Source: an uncultured Chloroflexia bacterium (GTDB lineage Bacteria > Chloroflexota > Anaerolineae > Anaerolineales > E44-bin32). Taken from it: a stretch of 64,000 nucleotides of DNA. Location: contig CAVSID010000001.1 in the NCBI GenBank assembly GCA_963727915.1, positions 124,954 to 188,953 of the forward strand, in the 5' to 3' direction. Position numbers and translations under genes: made by a program. Within the stretch, counting starts at the first letter, position 1, and each line of letters starts with the position of its first letter. Of this stretch, positions 1-10,189 are shown in pieces. The notes below the pieces were generated by a model that was not told the DNA's origin, did not search any database, and saw only the letters and a list, made by a program, of their open reading frames with translations.

Positions 1-2087
1 GCGAGCCCCCCAAGGCCCACGCGGATCAGGGTGCTCGACGATCACACTCTTGACCGAGTCGGGTATGTCGAGAATGCCCGGGATCAGATAGGTTGAAAAA
101 TGGGCTGTTTCAACGTAGCCATCTTTTTGAACGAAATCCTCCAAAATCCCATAACCAGCCGCCTGGACCACTGCCCCCTCAATTTGACCTTCGACCTGTT
201 GAGGATTGAGGGCCTTGCCCACGTCATCGGCGCAGACCACCTTCAGAATGTGTGTTTGCCCCGTTTCTGTGTCAACTTCCACGGTGGCCGCTTCGGCCAC
301 GTATCCGTAGGCAAAGTTGGGCATTGACTCACCCGTCTTCGGATCCAGCATGGAAGTCTTGGGTGGATGGTAAACGAACTCGCCGATGGCGGGCCGCTCC
401 TCGGACTCCCACTGGCGCAGTGCGGCTTCGACGGCACCCTGAACGGCGTTCCCCGCCATGAAGGTCATGCGCGAAGCGGACGCGGAGCCGGAGTCGCCAG
501 AGGATGCGGTATCCGACATATCTAGATGGACTTTGTCGATTGAGATACCGGCCGCTTCGGCCGCCATCTGGGCGATCAGCGTGTGCGAGCCCTGCCCCAC
601 ATCGGCCCCCGCGTGTCGCACCCAGAGCTCTTCGATCTCACCACCTCCTCTCATTTCGACTCGCGCCTCACAGCTCTCTGGCGCGCCGAATGAGAAGCCG
701 ACGTTCTTGTAGCCGCAGGCAAATCCGATGCCGCGTTTGAGGTGTGGCTGGGACGGGGGCCCGAGGACTCTTGAACTTGGCGCCGCCCAACCCCGGTCGG
801 TTTGACCCCAACCTGCTTCCTCAGCACATCGCTGAATGACGGTCGTCATCGAAACACCCCCAGGCAGCTTGCTGCCCACCGGCAGGATCGACGATTCGGT
901 CAGGGCGTTGCGCATGCGGATTTCAACCGGGTCCATGTTGAGAGCTTGCGCCAAACGTGCAATTTGGGTCTCAGCCGCAAAGATGCCCTGAGGGGCACCA
1001 AAGCCGCGAAACGCGCCACCGGGGATGTTGTTGGTGTAGACGCTACAGGCGTCGACCTTGACGTTGGGAATTTCGTACGGACCGCTGCACATCAACGTGG
1101 CATTACCCAAGACCTTGGTCGAGGTGTAGGCGTAGGCACCGCCGTCCTGGATGACCTCCATCTCAGCCGCCACGATCTTGCCGTCCTTGGTGGCTCCCCA
1201 TTTGGCGCGAATGACGAAGGGGTGCCGCTTGTGGTGCCCGACGATCGACTCTTCGCGCGACCAGATCATCTTCACCGGCCGTTCTATGCCGCGCTGGTGC
1301 AGTTGGTAGGCAGCCAGCGCCAGGGCAATTTGGATCGACAAGTCCTCCCGCCCGCCAAAGGCACCGCCGATGGCGGGATAGACGACCCGAACTTGCTCCT
1401 CAGGGAGGTCGAGCGCATGCGCGATTTGCTGGCGATCCTCATGCGTCCACTGCCCCCCGACCTCGACCGTGACGCGGCCCTCCTCATCGATGTAGGCCAC
1501 ACCGGCTTCGGGTTGCAGAAAGGCATGCTCCTGGGCTGGGGTTCTGTATTCGCCCTCGACGATGACATCGGCCAGCTCGAAGGCCGCTGCGACATCGCCA
1601 TGGCGGATGTGGTATTCGCAGAAAGTGTTGTGTTCTCGATCGGGATGGAGCTGGAACGCGCCATCCTGCCTCGCCAAGAGTGGGTCGGTGAGCACGGGAA
1701 GGTCTTCGTACTCGACTTCGATCTTCTCCACCGCCGCCTCGGCCTGGGCCTCCGACTCAGCCACCACCAGGGCGACCTGGTCGCCGACGAACCGCACATG
1801 GTCAGCGTCTCGTTTGGCCGAACCTAGGCCGCAAAAAACAGGTTGGTCGGGCATGATCAGACCGTACTCGTTGACCGGGACGTCTTTGGCCGTGAAGACC
1901 GCCACCACGCCGGGCATGGCTTCTGCTTGCGAGGTGTCCAGTCGGGTGATTCGGGCATGGGGCCGGCCGGCGAAGAAGTCTTCGCCATGACCTGGTTAGG
2001 GCGATTGATGTCGCCGGGGTAGAGAGTCTTCCCGATCACCTTGTCCCTGGCATCCAAACGCTGGACGGATTGACCGATCACGGACAT
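1..2087 (-). CDS. Xanthine dehydrogenase/aldehyde oxidase family, molybdopterin-binding large subunit. The C-terminus runs off the window start. One frame break near 1990.
   Basis: ORF 1857..2087 opens MSVIGQSVQRLDARDKVIGKTLYPGDINRPNQ (a/b-hammerhead type N-terminus) and then leaves frame. Hand translation of the reverse strand, in the frame ending exactly at nt 1, reads FFAGRPHARITRLDTSQAE (1921-1980) and VAEAATVEVDTETGQTHILKVVCADDVGKALNPQQVEGQIEGAVVQAAGYG (near 100-300). No ORF is listed in that frame, consistent with the track omitting an ORF that has no in-window stop. Confidence 0.9.
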
Positions 2088-2102
2088 GCGTCTGACCTCA
2101 TT

Positions 2103-3851
2103 TCATGGTTGGGGTGCTGCGACTGCCTCGCTCGTTTGCTTCCGCCGGGACCCAAGGCGTCTTGCTTCGGATCGGAAAATGCTCCTCAGGACAGCCAGAC
2201 TGGTGGCATAAGTTGGATCCATTCCGTAATAGGAAAGCGTCCCGGCACCGAGATTGCGCCCTTTGCTCAACGGGGTATCCGACGCGTAGTGCATGATTCC
2301 CAATTCAAAGGGAAGCTCGTGGAGGTTCACAATTTCATTGTCGGGGTAGCGCTTGGGCCGGGCGAGTTCATAGATGGCCGACAGATACGGACCGGCTTCC
2401 ATCTCTATGTCCGTGTAGCCCTCCCGATAGAAGACATCCATGTATCTCGGAGTCTGAAGGAAGGTCCCCCGAACACTGACTGCCTTCTGGTTGTCCAGCA
2501 CGGTCCCGTACATCAGTTCCTGGTCGACATCGGATGCCTCGAAGCAGTTCTCAAACAGATAGGTGTTCTGAGACTGCTCGTCGTAGATCACTTGAGGAAT
2601 CATCACATCCCCCACCACGGCATTCAAGGTGGCTGCCTTGCCCAAGATATAGACCCCTCGCAGCTCGCCCACCCGCGTAGCGAGGTAGGCCAAAACCAGA
2701 TAAGCCGCCATGCCCAGCGGGTAGTCAATGTTCACGATCATGGCGTCGCTTCGTTTCAGCAGTTCCAAGTCTTCATCGGTCAGGCGGGGATCCACCCAGG
2801 TGGGCTCGATGGCGGACAGATCGAACACCTGGGCTTCAAGGTCGAAGCTGTGCTCACTCGGAACTCGGTGGATGCCCGATTTCCTCTCGTCATCCACAAG
2901 CTGGGCCATCAATTTGAAGGGGTCGTCAGAGTCCAGGTAGCGCTTGAGGGCGTAGTAGAGAAAGTTCTCGCGACTAGAGCGCACCTGCTCCGCCTCGATA
3001 CCCTGCCACTCCGCGGCCAGATCCGGATGCCCTGTGTCATCCACGAACCGGATCAGTTCGTCTTCGTGGCGTAGGGCGAAACCGGAGAGCAGGTTCGCCA
3101 GGCTGTGGGTGTTGCTCGAGACAAAGTACACCGGCCGGTTGAGCAACGTCGGCTCCAACTCCTCAACCCGTTCCCACCACAGCTGAGTTGCTCGCCGGTA
3201 CTCATTCAGAGAGCTCGAGAGGAGACGCACCTTCAGCCGCTTGCCCCCGGCGGCTATCGATCGCATCAATGGCCAGAATGCGTCCCCCCACACCCTTCGC
3301 AGCCGGCCAAGCTCGTCAAGGTCAACGCCCAGGCCTTGGGCGAAGTCTGCCAAATCATCATCACCATCCCCGGCCCGATCCAGGTAGGCTCGCACCTGCC
3401 GACCCGCCAGCAGACGGTGGAGCTTATTCCATTCGATCTGGAAGGCGGTCAGCAAGGGGATGATGTCATCGATGTCGGAGCGGCTGGCGATGTAGAAGGC
3501 GAGCGTGTTCTCGCCGTTGAAATAGCTCAACCGGCGACGTGCCCGGGCCGCGGCCGGCGTCCACGACTTAACGTCCCCGATCCCGTTCAAGCGAAACACA
3601 TCTTGGCTCTGACCGAGTATCACACGATCAACTCTGGCCATGCACTGTGGGAGACGAAGCGAGCTGTAGATGAAAGCCGAGAAGTCGGGCAATGCGGCAC
3701 GCGCATCCGGATGCAGCGCAGAGCCCATGCTGGCGTGAACCTCTTCCAGGGTGCGGATCTCCACGTCGGCTGTAGAGCGCAACAGAGAGTAGTAGGTCCG
3801 GATATAGAGCTCGATTTCTTCAGAGCCGGTGCGGGGAACCGTTCGATCCAT
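2103..3851 (-). CDS. Uncharacterised 582-aa two-domain protein. The C-terminal ~230 aa resembles the nucleoside phosphorylase / AMP nucleosidase (PNP_UDP) fold. The N-terminal ~350 aa is unassigned.
   Basis: Intact ORF. The blocks IVNIDYPLGMAAY, ILGKAATLN, VGDVMIP, DIEMEAGPYLSAI and GIMHYASDTPL align by eye with the VNIGVGPSNA / GHCGGL / IGD / AIDMESA / CVSDKPL blocks of E. coli AMP nucleosidase, recalled from memory and not computed. It sits between the xdh FAD/FeS and Mo subunit genes. Confidence 0.7.
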   Translation of the reverse strand: MDRTVPRTGSEEIELYIRTYYSLLRSTADVEIRTLEEVHASMGSALHPDARAALPDFSAFIYSSLRLPQCMARVDRVILGQSQDVFRLNGIGDVKSWTPAAARARRRLSYFNGENTLAFYIASRSDIDDIIPLLTAFQIEWNKLHRLLAGRQVRAYLDRAGDGDDDLADFAQGLGVDLDELGRLRRVWGDAFWPLMRSIAAGGKRLKVRLLSSSLNEYRRATQLWWERVEELEPTLLNRPVYFVSSNTHSLANLLSGFALRHEDELIRFVDDTGHPDLAAEWQGIEAEQVRSSRENFLYYALKRYLDSDDPFKLMAQLVDDERKSGIHRVPSEHSFDLEAQVFDLSAIEPTWVDPRLTDEDLELLKRSDAMIVNIDYPLGMAAYLVLAYLATRVGELRGVYILGKAATLNAVVGDVMIPQVIYDEQSQNTYLFENCFEASDVDQELMYGTVLDNQKAVSVRGTFLQTPRYMDVFYREGYTDIEMEAGPYLSAIYELARPKRYPDNEIVNLHELPFELGIMHYASDTPLSKGRNLGAGTLSYYGMDPTYATSLAVLRSIFRSEARRLGSRRKQTSEAVAAPQP

Positions 3852-3857
3852 GGCCGC

Positions 3858-4190
3858 TTAGCGCCCTCTGCTCCGGTAGACGCCCTTCTTGGCCTTCCGC
3901 CGCTTGGGGGTCGGGGCATCGGTCTCACTCGGCTTGATCGGGAACATGACGGCGTACACAAAGCTGACCAAACCAAAGCCCAACAGGAGGAACAAGAAAC
4001 CTACCACAAGCTTGGGCATCAAACCGTACGGCAACCAGGACGGCATGAACGAAGGCTGGACGGCCTCGGGTGGGATGTAGATCCAGCCATAACGAGCGTT
4101 GCTGACCAAGAACCAGCTCGAGAAGGCGTAGCCCGCCACGGAGAAGACCACCATCAAAAGGCAGCCCACCCCTCGCCAGATGGGATTCAT
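3858..4190 (-). CDS. Small membrane protein (110 aa, 2 predicted TM helices, Lys/Arg-rich tail), function unknown
   Basis: Intact ORF with hydrophobic runs GVGCLLMVVFSVAGYAFSSWFLV and LVVGFLFLLLGFGLVSFVYAVMF. Its stop lies 7 nt before the start of the 582-aa ORF. Confidence 0.6.
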   Translation of the reverse strand: MNPIWRGVGCLLMVVFSVAGYAFSSWFLVSNARYGWIYIPPEAVQPSFMPSWLPYGLMPKLVVGFLFLLLGFGLVSFVYAVMFPIKPSETDAPTPKRRKAKKGVYRSRGR

Positions 4191-4307
4191 CCGTTGACGT
4201 TCTTCGCGCTCTTTGTCAAGCTGTCGGTAGCGATAGGATTTCGCGTCCCATGAGCTTCCCCTTCGGGCTACCTTCCTGCCCTGGACTTGGATGTGAATTC
4301 GTTCAGA

Positions 4308-5756
4308 TCAATCCGCAGTTGAGCGCAGCGATGGGTCACTTTCCCTCGCCGCCTGCTCGACAGCCTCAATAATCTTGTAGTAGCCGGTGCAGCGGCAGAG
4401 ATTCCCGGTGATCGATTGCTGGATGTCCCAAAGTGTCGGCTGCTGGCGCTCTTCCAAGAGCTTGGCGCCCGACATCAAGAATCCCGGTGTGCAGTATCCA
4501 CACTGCACCGCACCTCGATCCAAAAACGCTTGCTGGATCGGGTGAAGCTCTTCGCCGTCCGCCAGACCTTCGATCGTGACGATCTCTGCGTTATGGGCAC
4601 GTGGCGCGGGCACCATACAGGCCATCACCGCCAAACCGTCCAGGTAGACGGTGCACGCGCCACATTCTCCCTCGGCGCAGCCCTCCTTGGTGCCGATCAG
4701 ATCACCCTCTTCGCGCAGCAACCGCAGAAGTGTCTTTCCCTGGCCGGTGTCAAACGTGCGTTCCTGGCCGTTGATCGTCGTTCGAATCAGCTTGTGGGCA
4801 TCGTGCGCCTCGGCCTCCTCGAGCATGCGCGTCCAGTGGTATTCGATTGGTCCCCACAAGGTGATGGGGCGATCAGGATATCCGTGCCGCTCATTTCCGG
4901 CGGCCAGGCTGCGGAGCGCTCGCCGGACCGTGGTTCGGACCATGTCTGAGCGGTAGGCGCTGCTCCCTCGCACATCGTCAATTGGGTGGGCGGCCGCCAC
5001 GGCGGCGTCAGCCGTGTCTTCAATGTTTTCCGGTGTCAGCGGCGCGCCTTGCAGCACTCGCTCAGCTGCCTCGGCGTGCACGACTGTAGGGGCCACAGAA
5101 CCCAGCGTGATGCTCGCCCGGCGAACGCTCTCGCCATCCATCTCGAGGAGCACGGCCGCGTTGACGATCGAAATTGCCTGCGCCCGGCGCAACCCCAGTT
5201 TGATGAATGTACTTCTGGATCCGGACGCCGGTAGGGGAAATGAGATGTCCACCAGCATTTCATCGGGCCGCATGACGGTCTTCCGCACGCCCTCATAGAA
5301 TTCGCCCAGGGGGACAAGCCGTTCCCCCGACGTCGAGCGCAATTGGACTTGGGCGCCCAAGGCCATTAGGGGCGCAATGGAGTTGTTGGCCGGTGAGGCC
5401 GTGATCAGATTGCCCGCCACAGTGCCCCGGTTGCGGATTTGGGGCGCACCCACTTCCCAACAAGCCCGCGCCAGCGCGTACGCCTGATCGATGATCAAGG
5501 AAGACGCGGCACAGTGATTGTGGGTTACCAGAGGTCCCATGTGCACCAGACCATCTTCGCCTGGCTGGATGATATCCAATCCCGGGATCCGGGTGATGTC
5601 GATTAGGGTCGTCACACCCGGGCGTTGACCCCGTTCGAGCTCCAGAATCAAATCGGTGGCACCGGCCACGATCCGGGCGTTGCCCTGATTGGCATGAAGC
5701 GCCCGGATCGCCTGATCCAGGCTGGTTGGCGTGAGGTAGCGGTCCCACAAGTTCAT
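4308..5756 (-). CDS. Xanthine dehydrogenase family FAD-binding subunit fused to a C-terminal [2Fe-2S] subunit
   Basis: The N-terminal part (IVAGATDLILELERG...RNRGTVAGNL...DDVRGSSAYR) matches the CoxM/XdhB-type FAD domain. The C-terminal part (GCAEGECGACTV...CGYCTPGF...GNLCRCTGY) carries the two 2Fe-2S cysteine clusters of CoxS/XdhC(E. coli)-type proteins. Confidence 0.9.
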   Translation of the reverse strand: MNLWDRYLTPTSLDQAIRALHANQGNARIVAGATDLILELERGQRPGVTTLIDITRIPGLDIIQPGEDGLVHMGPLVTHNHCAASSLIIDQAYALARACWEVGAPQIRNRGTVAGNLITASPANNSIAPLMALGAQVQLRSTSGERLVPLGEFYEGVRKTVMRPDEMLVDISFPLPASGSRSTFIKLGLRRAQAISIVNAAVLLEMDGESVRRASITLGSVAPTVVHAEAAERVLQGAPLTPENIEDTADAAVAAAHPIDDVRGSSAYRSDMVRTTVRRALRSLAAGNERHGYPDRPITLWGPIEYHWTRMLEEAEAHDAHKLIRTTINGQERTFDTGQGKTLLRLLREEGDLIGTKEGCAEGECGACTVYLDGLAVMACMVPAPRAHNAEIVTIEGLADGEELHPIQQAFLDRGAVQCGYCTPGFLMSGAKLLEERQQPTLWDIQQSITGNLCRCTGYYKIIEAVEQAARESDPSLRSTAD

Positions 5757-6580
5757 TCCGGCTTGGCTCCCTTGGCGCGGCGCTGCACGGGCGTGTGCGC
5801 CATCGACTCCCCTGATCCCCCTCGGCGCAGCATGATCACCTGCCCTAGTACGCTGACGGCGATTTCTTCGGGCGTTTCAGCGTTCAATTCTAATCCCATC
5901 GGTGAGGTGATTCGGGAAATCTGATCCTCTGGGACCCCCGCCCCCTTGAGTTGTTCCACAGTCGTCTGCCATCGCCGTCTCGACCCGATCACACCGATGT
6001 AGGCAGCCTGGGTTGCCAGCAGCTTCGGGAGACCCTCAACATCCAGATCCACGCCGCGCGTCGTCAGCAGGATATAGGTCTGTGAATGAACTTCCACCTG
6101 GTCGGTGATGTCCTTCATGGCACACGTCACGACGCGATCCACGTCGGGCACATCATCGGATTCAGCGAAACCTGGCCGGTCATCGACAACCGTCACGTCG
6201 AATCCCAACCACTTGCCGAGATGTGCGGTGGCGTTGCCCACGTGGCCTGCGCCGATCACCAGCAGGCTTGGCTTAGGTTTGACCGGTTCGATCACCACTT
6301 GTATTTCTCCTCCGCAAACCCCCACGTCGCCCTTCAAAGGATCTTGAAAGACGTAATCCCGAACGCGCAGCTGGCCGTCAGTAAGCGCGGCCAGCGCCTC
6401 GGTGATCACTCGATGTTCCATATCCCCGCCGCCGATGGTGCCCTCGGTCGATCCATCGGGCAGGACGAGCATCTTGCTGCCCTCGTGCCGGGGCACGGAA
6501 CCTCGGGCTGCCACGATAGTCACCAGTGCGGCCTCTTTGCCCTCGGCCTCCAGGGCAGCCAGACGCAAGTAGATGCTCAT
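5753..6580 (-). CDS. xdhC: XdhC/CoxI-family molybdenum cofactor insertion accessory protein
   Basis: The N-terminus AALVTIVAARGSVPRHEGSKMLV...GTIGGG is typical of XdhC_CoxI, followed by a Rossmann-like LLVIGAGHVG. It overlaps the downstream xdh gene by 4 nt. Confidence 0.85.
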   Translation of the reverse strand: MSIYLRLAALEAEGKEAALVTIVAARGSVPRHEGSKMLVLPDGSTEGTIGGGDMEHRVITEALAALTDGQLRVRDYVFQDPLKGDVGVCGGEIQVVIEPVKPKPSLLVIGAGHVGNATAHLGKWLGFDVTVVDDRPGFAESDDVPDVDRVVTCAMKDITDQVEVHSQTYILLTTRGVDLDVEGLPKLLATQAAYIGVIGSRRRWQTTVEQLKGAGVPEDQISRITSPMGLELNAETPEEIAVSVLGQVIMLRRGGSGESMAHTPVQRRAKGAKPE

Positions 6581-7924
6581 CTAGCCCTCGAGCAAAGCCA
6601 GGACCGTTGGCAGAAGCTGCTTCTTGCGTGAGACGACGCCTCTGGCGTCCAGCGTGCCATCGGGAAGGTGAGGAAAGGGCAGCTCGTCCAGGGCCGGCGG
6701 CGCCGACTGCAGCACCAACCGGCTGGAGCCGCCAACCACGTCGGTGATCATCAGCAAGCTGAAATCGAGACCTTGTTCTTTCTTCAGGGCTTCCAGGGCT
6801 TTCCGTAGGCCCTCAAGGTGGTCGGCAAGTTCCAGGTAATCGGTGACTTCAACCTGGGAAATGGCGAACTTATGCCCGCCTTCTTCATAGACCTTCAGAT
6901 CGCCGGTGACGACCGAATCTGGATCGTGCGACACCAGGCCGGCGCCGGCTTGCAGGAGCTGGCCTCCGAATGTCTCGATTGTCTCTCCCGCCAGCGGCCC
7001 GCCCCCGACGAAGGCCCAACGCGCCAACACCTCGGCGGTTCGGCGATCCCGGTCGGTGGTTGTGGGCGAAGCCAGGATCAGTGTGTCGGAGAGCAACCCG
7101 GCCAACAGCAGGCCGGCTTGCGGCGGCGGTGCGCTCAGCCCGGTTTCTTGAATGCGCTCAGCGACCAACGTACTGGTGCTGCCCACCGGTTCAATCCAGA
7201 ATCGGATCGGCGCCCGGGTGGCCGGGTTGTCCAGACGGTGATGGTCAACCACTTCAATCAGCTCGGCCTCGTTCAGAGAGCGCACAGACTGCTTGGCCTC
7301 ATTGTGATCCACCAAGATGATTCGCATGCGGGGCGGGTTTAGCAGATCTCGCTGACGGCAGATCCCCTGATAGGCGCCCCTCTCATCGATCACCCAGAAC
7401 TCGTTGCGTTCCTCACGCAAGATCCGGGGAAGTAGGTCTCTGATCCGCCAGGTGGCCTGGAACTTGGGGACGCCTTTGTCCGCTGCTGCTTCGCTCGGTT
7501 GGTTGAAGATCTCGGCCAGCTTCTGCTGAGGCTGGTCCGGCCTGTCGCCCACCAATTGGCTAAGATGGCGAAATAGGCTGAAGGCGGTGATCAAGCCGTA
7601 GGGCATGCCGTCGGAGTCGACAACGGGAGCAGCGAAGCCGGTCCGCCCGGCGATGGACCACGCCTCCCGGAGAGGCTGGCTGGGGAGGACGCTGTCCAGC
7701 CGCCGCGCGACGTCAGCGAACCGGGGCGAGGCGTCGGCCAGCAGTTCAGGCGGTTCGAGACCGAGGCGATCCAAGACCCACGCCGTCTGTCGATTGATGT
7801 TGCCCGCCCGTGCCGCAAGGACCTGATCCCCGTTCGTGGCGCTGAGAAGCCAGGCATACCCGACAGCAGATGCGATCGCATCTGTGTCAGGGTTAACATG
7901 GCCCACGACGTAGGTCTTGTTCAT
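6581..7924 (-). CDS. DHH/DHHA2 phosphoesterase with an inserted CBS pair (CBS-domain family II inorganic pyrophosphatase-like)
   Basis: Motifs GHVNPDTDAIAS, LVDHNE, VVDHHR and a C-terminal DHHA2-like SRKKQLLP. A ~120-aa insert lies between DHH motifs II and III, as in CBS-PPases. It abuts xdhC with no gap. Confidence 0.75.
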   Translation of the reverse strand: MNKTYVVGHVNPDTDAIASAVGYAWLLSATNGDQVLAARAGNINRQTAWVLDRLGLEPPELLADASPRFADVARRLDSVLPSQPLREAWSIAGRTGFAAPVVDSDGMPYGLITAFSLFRHLSQLVGDRPDQPQQKLAEIFNQPSEAAADKGVPKFQATWRIRDLLPRILREERNEFWVIDERGAYQGICRQRDLLNPPRMRIILVDHNEAKQSVRSLNEAELIEVVDHHRLDNPATRAPIRFWIEPVGSTSTLVAERIQETGLSAPPPQAGLLLAGLLSDTLILASPTTTDRDRRTAEVLARWAFVGGGPLAGETIETFGGQLLQAGAGLVSHDPDSVVTGDLKVYEEGGHKFAISQVEVTDYLELADHLEGLRKALEALKKEQGLDFSLLMITDVVGGSSRLVLQSAPPALDELPFPHLPDGTLDARGVVSRKKQLLPTVLALLEG

Positions 7925-7981
7925 CTCTCAATCCGCCTCGAATAACCGCCCCGCCCTTGGTCCTTAGTATGCCCGGGTCGC

Positions 7982-8509
7982 TCAGGCGTCCGACTCCCGG
8001 TTTGGGTTATCAGGATACAACCTCCACCCCAAGGAGTTGAGCATGGTCTCGTCTGTCGAACCTGCTGGCATGGGTGCCAGTGTGGCATCCGCTTCGGCAG
8101 CCACGGTCCCATCCGGAAGCCGGATCTCAGCGGTGGCGGTGGCCACCCGTCCCGCCGGTCGAGTGAGCCTAGCTTGGAGGTGAAGTCCTTGGCCGGTTGG
8201 GACGGGCTTACGATAGCGAATTTCCAGCTTGGCGGTCATCATGAACCGATTGTGCTGCCCGATCATCGCAGCCCGGCTGACCATCTCATCCAACATGGAG
8301 GCGACAACGCCTCCGTGGACCACGCCGGGATAGCCCTCAAAATGCTCAGGAACCGTGTAGTGGGACTCAAGAAGATCCGGGCCGAGCTCGTAGAACGTCA
8401 ACCCCAGGCCGTAAGGATTCTCGAGGCCGCAGGCGAAGCAGTTGCGTGAATTGGGCTGTTTGACGGTCCCGGCTTGGGCGGCGTGCGGATCGGATTGTAT
8501 AGCCATCAT
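7982..8509 (-). CDS. PaaI/hotdog-fold thioesterase family protein
   Basis: NCFACGLENPYGLGLTF...GYPGVVHGGVVASMLDE is the typical PaaI-type motif arrangement. Confidence 0.7.
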   Translation of the reverse strand: MMAIQSDPHAAQAGTVKQPNSRNCFACGLENPYGLGLTFYELGPDLLESHYTVPEHFEGYPGVVHGGVVASMLDEMVSRAAMIGQHNRFMMTAKLEIRYRKPVPTGQGLHLQARLTRPAGRVATATAEIRLPDGTVAAEADATLAPMPAGSTDETMLNSLGWRLYPDNPNRESDA

Positions 8510-8558
8510 TCACCCTCATATGGTCGTGGAGGGCGGCGATGGATGCTTGCCACCCCGG

Positions 8559-9557
8559 TCAAGCTAACGGGCTGAAAGTGTCGATTAGGAGCTCCACGCT
8601 CCCGCCCACGGGGTACAGGATCGGGCATGTGCAGCCGTGATCGATGTACTCCTGGACCTTGCGCTGGGCGTCTTCTGGTGTGCCCGACGCCGTGATCCGT
8701 TCGACCAAGTCATCCGGAACGAAATGCTTGGCTTGCTGGATTTGCTCGTGGGTCGCCGGCCAGCCGAGGATCCCCTGGATCTCGTCGACCACATCCTGTG
8801 AGACGCCGCTGGCCTTGGCAATATGTGGCTGTTGCGCCAGGTACTGAGTGAGCAGTTCGCGGCTGGTATCGAGCGCTTTGGCCCGGTCGGGATCCACCGA
8901 TGCCACCACCAATTGCGGCCGATCGATGCTCTCCAAGCTGCGACCCGCCCTGGCTGCGCCCGCTTCAAGTTGTTCCATGGCGGGGTCGTTGTATGCAGGC
9001 GGCACGCAGTAGTTCATCACGACACCGTCGGCGATCTCGCCAGCCAACTCCATCATCTTGGGGCCCGTGGCTCCAATATAGATCGGCACGTTGCGCGGTT
9101 CACGACGCCCGTGGACGACATCCAGCTCGATACCGTCCACATGGTGGAACTCGCCATGAAAGGTCACTCGCTCCATGTTGAGCAACCTTCGCAAGACCTC
9201 CACGGTCTCCTTCATCGCCGTCAGGGGTTTCCTGCGCTGTATGCCAACGTTCTGGGCCAGCGGATCCCACCAGGCGCCGATACCGCAGATCACGCGATTG
9301 GGTGCCAAGTCGTCCAGGGTGAGGAAGGTAGATGCCAGAAGGCCAATGTTGCGGGTCCAATTGTTGATTACCCCGGAGCCCACCTTGATCTTCTCTGTCA
9401 CGGCGGCGTAGGCAGCCATGGGCACGATGGCATCCCGCACCAGGCGCGATTCCGCCTGCCAGACAGCTTCAAACCCTTTGTCCTCGGCATAGCGTGCGTA
9501 GGCCAATCCGTCGCGCAGGTCGTGTGCATCTTGAAGATAGAGCGCCACTCGCTTCAT
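8559..9557 (-). CDS. LLM-class (luciferase-like, Mer-like) F420-dependent oxidoreductase
   Basis: 332 aa. Segments [17 protein letters not shown]...[14 protein letters not shown]...[24 protein letters not shown] fit the bacterial luciferase/Mer fold. It overlaps cofC by 4 nt. Confidence 0.8.
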   Translation of the reverse strand: MKRVALYLQDAHDLRDGLAYARYAEDKGFEAVWQAESRLVRDAIVPMAAYAAVTEKIKVGSGVINNWTRNIGLLASTFLTLDDLAPNRVICGIGAWWDPLAQNVGIQRRKPLTAMKETVEVLRRLLNMERVTFHGEFHHVDGIELDVVHGRREPRNVPIYIGATGPKMMELAGEIADGVVMNYCVPPAYNDPAMEQLEAGAARAGRSLESIDRPQLVVASVDPDRAKALDTSRELLTQYLAQQPHIAKASGVSQDVVDEIQGILGWPATHEQIQQAKHFVPDDLVERITASGTPEDAQRKVQEYIDHGCTCPILYPVGGSVELLIDTFSPLA

Positions 9558-10189
9558 GTTCCTGGAATCTCCTCGGCGGCTTTGATCGGCTGTCCCTGCT
9601 CTGACCTGAGGATCTCAAGGTCTTCAGGCAAATCCACGTCAAGGGCGAGCGATGGCAGCTCGCATACCTCCAACCTGGCACCCGAAGATTTCGCCCGAGC
9701 GACGTGCCTGGAGAAGCTGTTCGGGCCGAAATCATATTCTATCAAACCAGGCGGCGCCGACAGCAAAGCGTTCGTCCCGGTTCCGTGTCTGTCCGGCGCG
9801 ACGACCACTACCGGAGGGTCATGGGCCAGGGAGAGCAGGTGTTCCACGTCCGCACGTGTGATAAGAGGCAAGTCGGCGGGCAGAATCAGCACCCGAGAAA
9901 CGCCATACCCCCTCGCCACCAGAGTCGCGCGGATCAAGGCGCGGTTGAGCTCTGGTGTTCCGTTCTCCTGGACGGTCCGCGCGCCGAACTCACGCGCCAC
10001 AGACAGGGCCATCGAATCACGGCTTATCACCAGCGTGTGTTCGACTTCCGGCACGTCTCGGAGCACGTCCAAGGTGTGCGTAAGAAGCTCCCGGCTCAAC
10101 AGAGCCCGCTCTTCCACCGACAACACACCGGCGAGCCTCGATTTGGATCGGCGCAGGGGTTTAACAGGCACAATCGCCCAAAGCGTCAC
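9554..10189 (-). CDS. cofC: 2-phospho-L-lactate (or PEP) guanylyltransferase CofC/FbiD
   Basis: [21 protein letters not shown]...LVISRD...LPADLPLIT is the CofC signature. It has 4-nt overlaps with cofD upstream and the LLM gene downstream. Confidence 0.8.
   Translation of the reverse strand: MTLWAIVPVKPLRRSKSRLAGVLSVEERALLSRELLTHTLDVLRDVPEVEHTLVISRDSMALSVAREFGARTVQENGTPELNRALIRATLVARGYGVSRVLILPADLPLITRADVEHLLSLAHDPPVVVVAPDRHGTGTNALLSAPPGLIEYDFGPNSFSRHVARAKSSGARLEVCELPSLALDVDLPEDLEILRSEQGQPIKAAEEIPGT

Noticed and set aside
802-1827. Long plus-strand ORFs opposite minus-strand genes: 802..1827, 2070..3074, 3105..4253, 8823..10274, 13314..14399, 20332..21588, 21761..22837, 22662..23741, 33970..34797, 39901..40677, 61778..62437
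   Set aside because: They are Arg/Pro/Gly/His-rich with no recognisable motifs. Each lies antisense to a gene with clear family signatures. They are typical shadow ORFs of GC-rich DNA.
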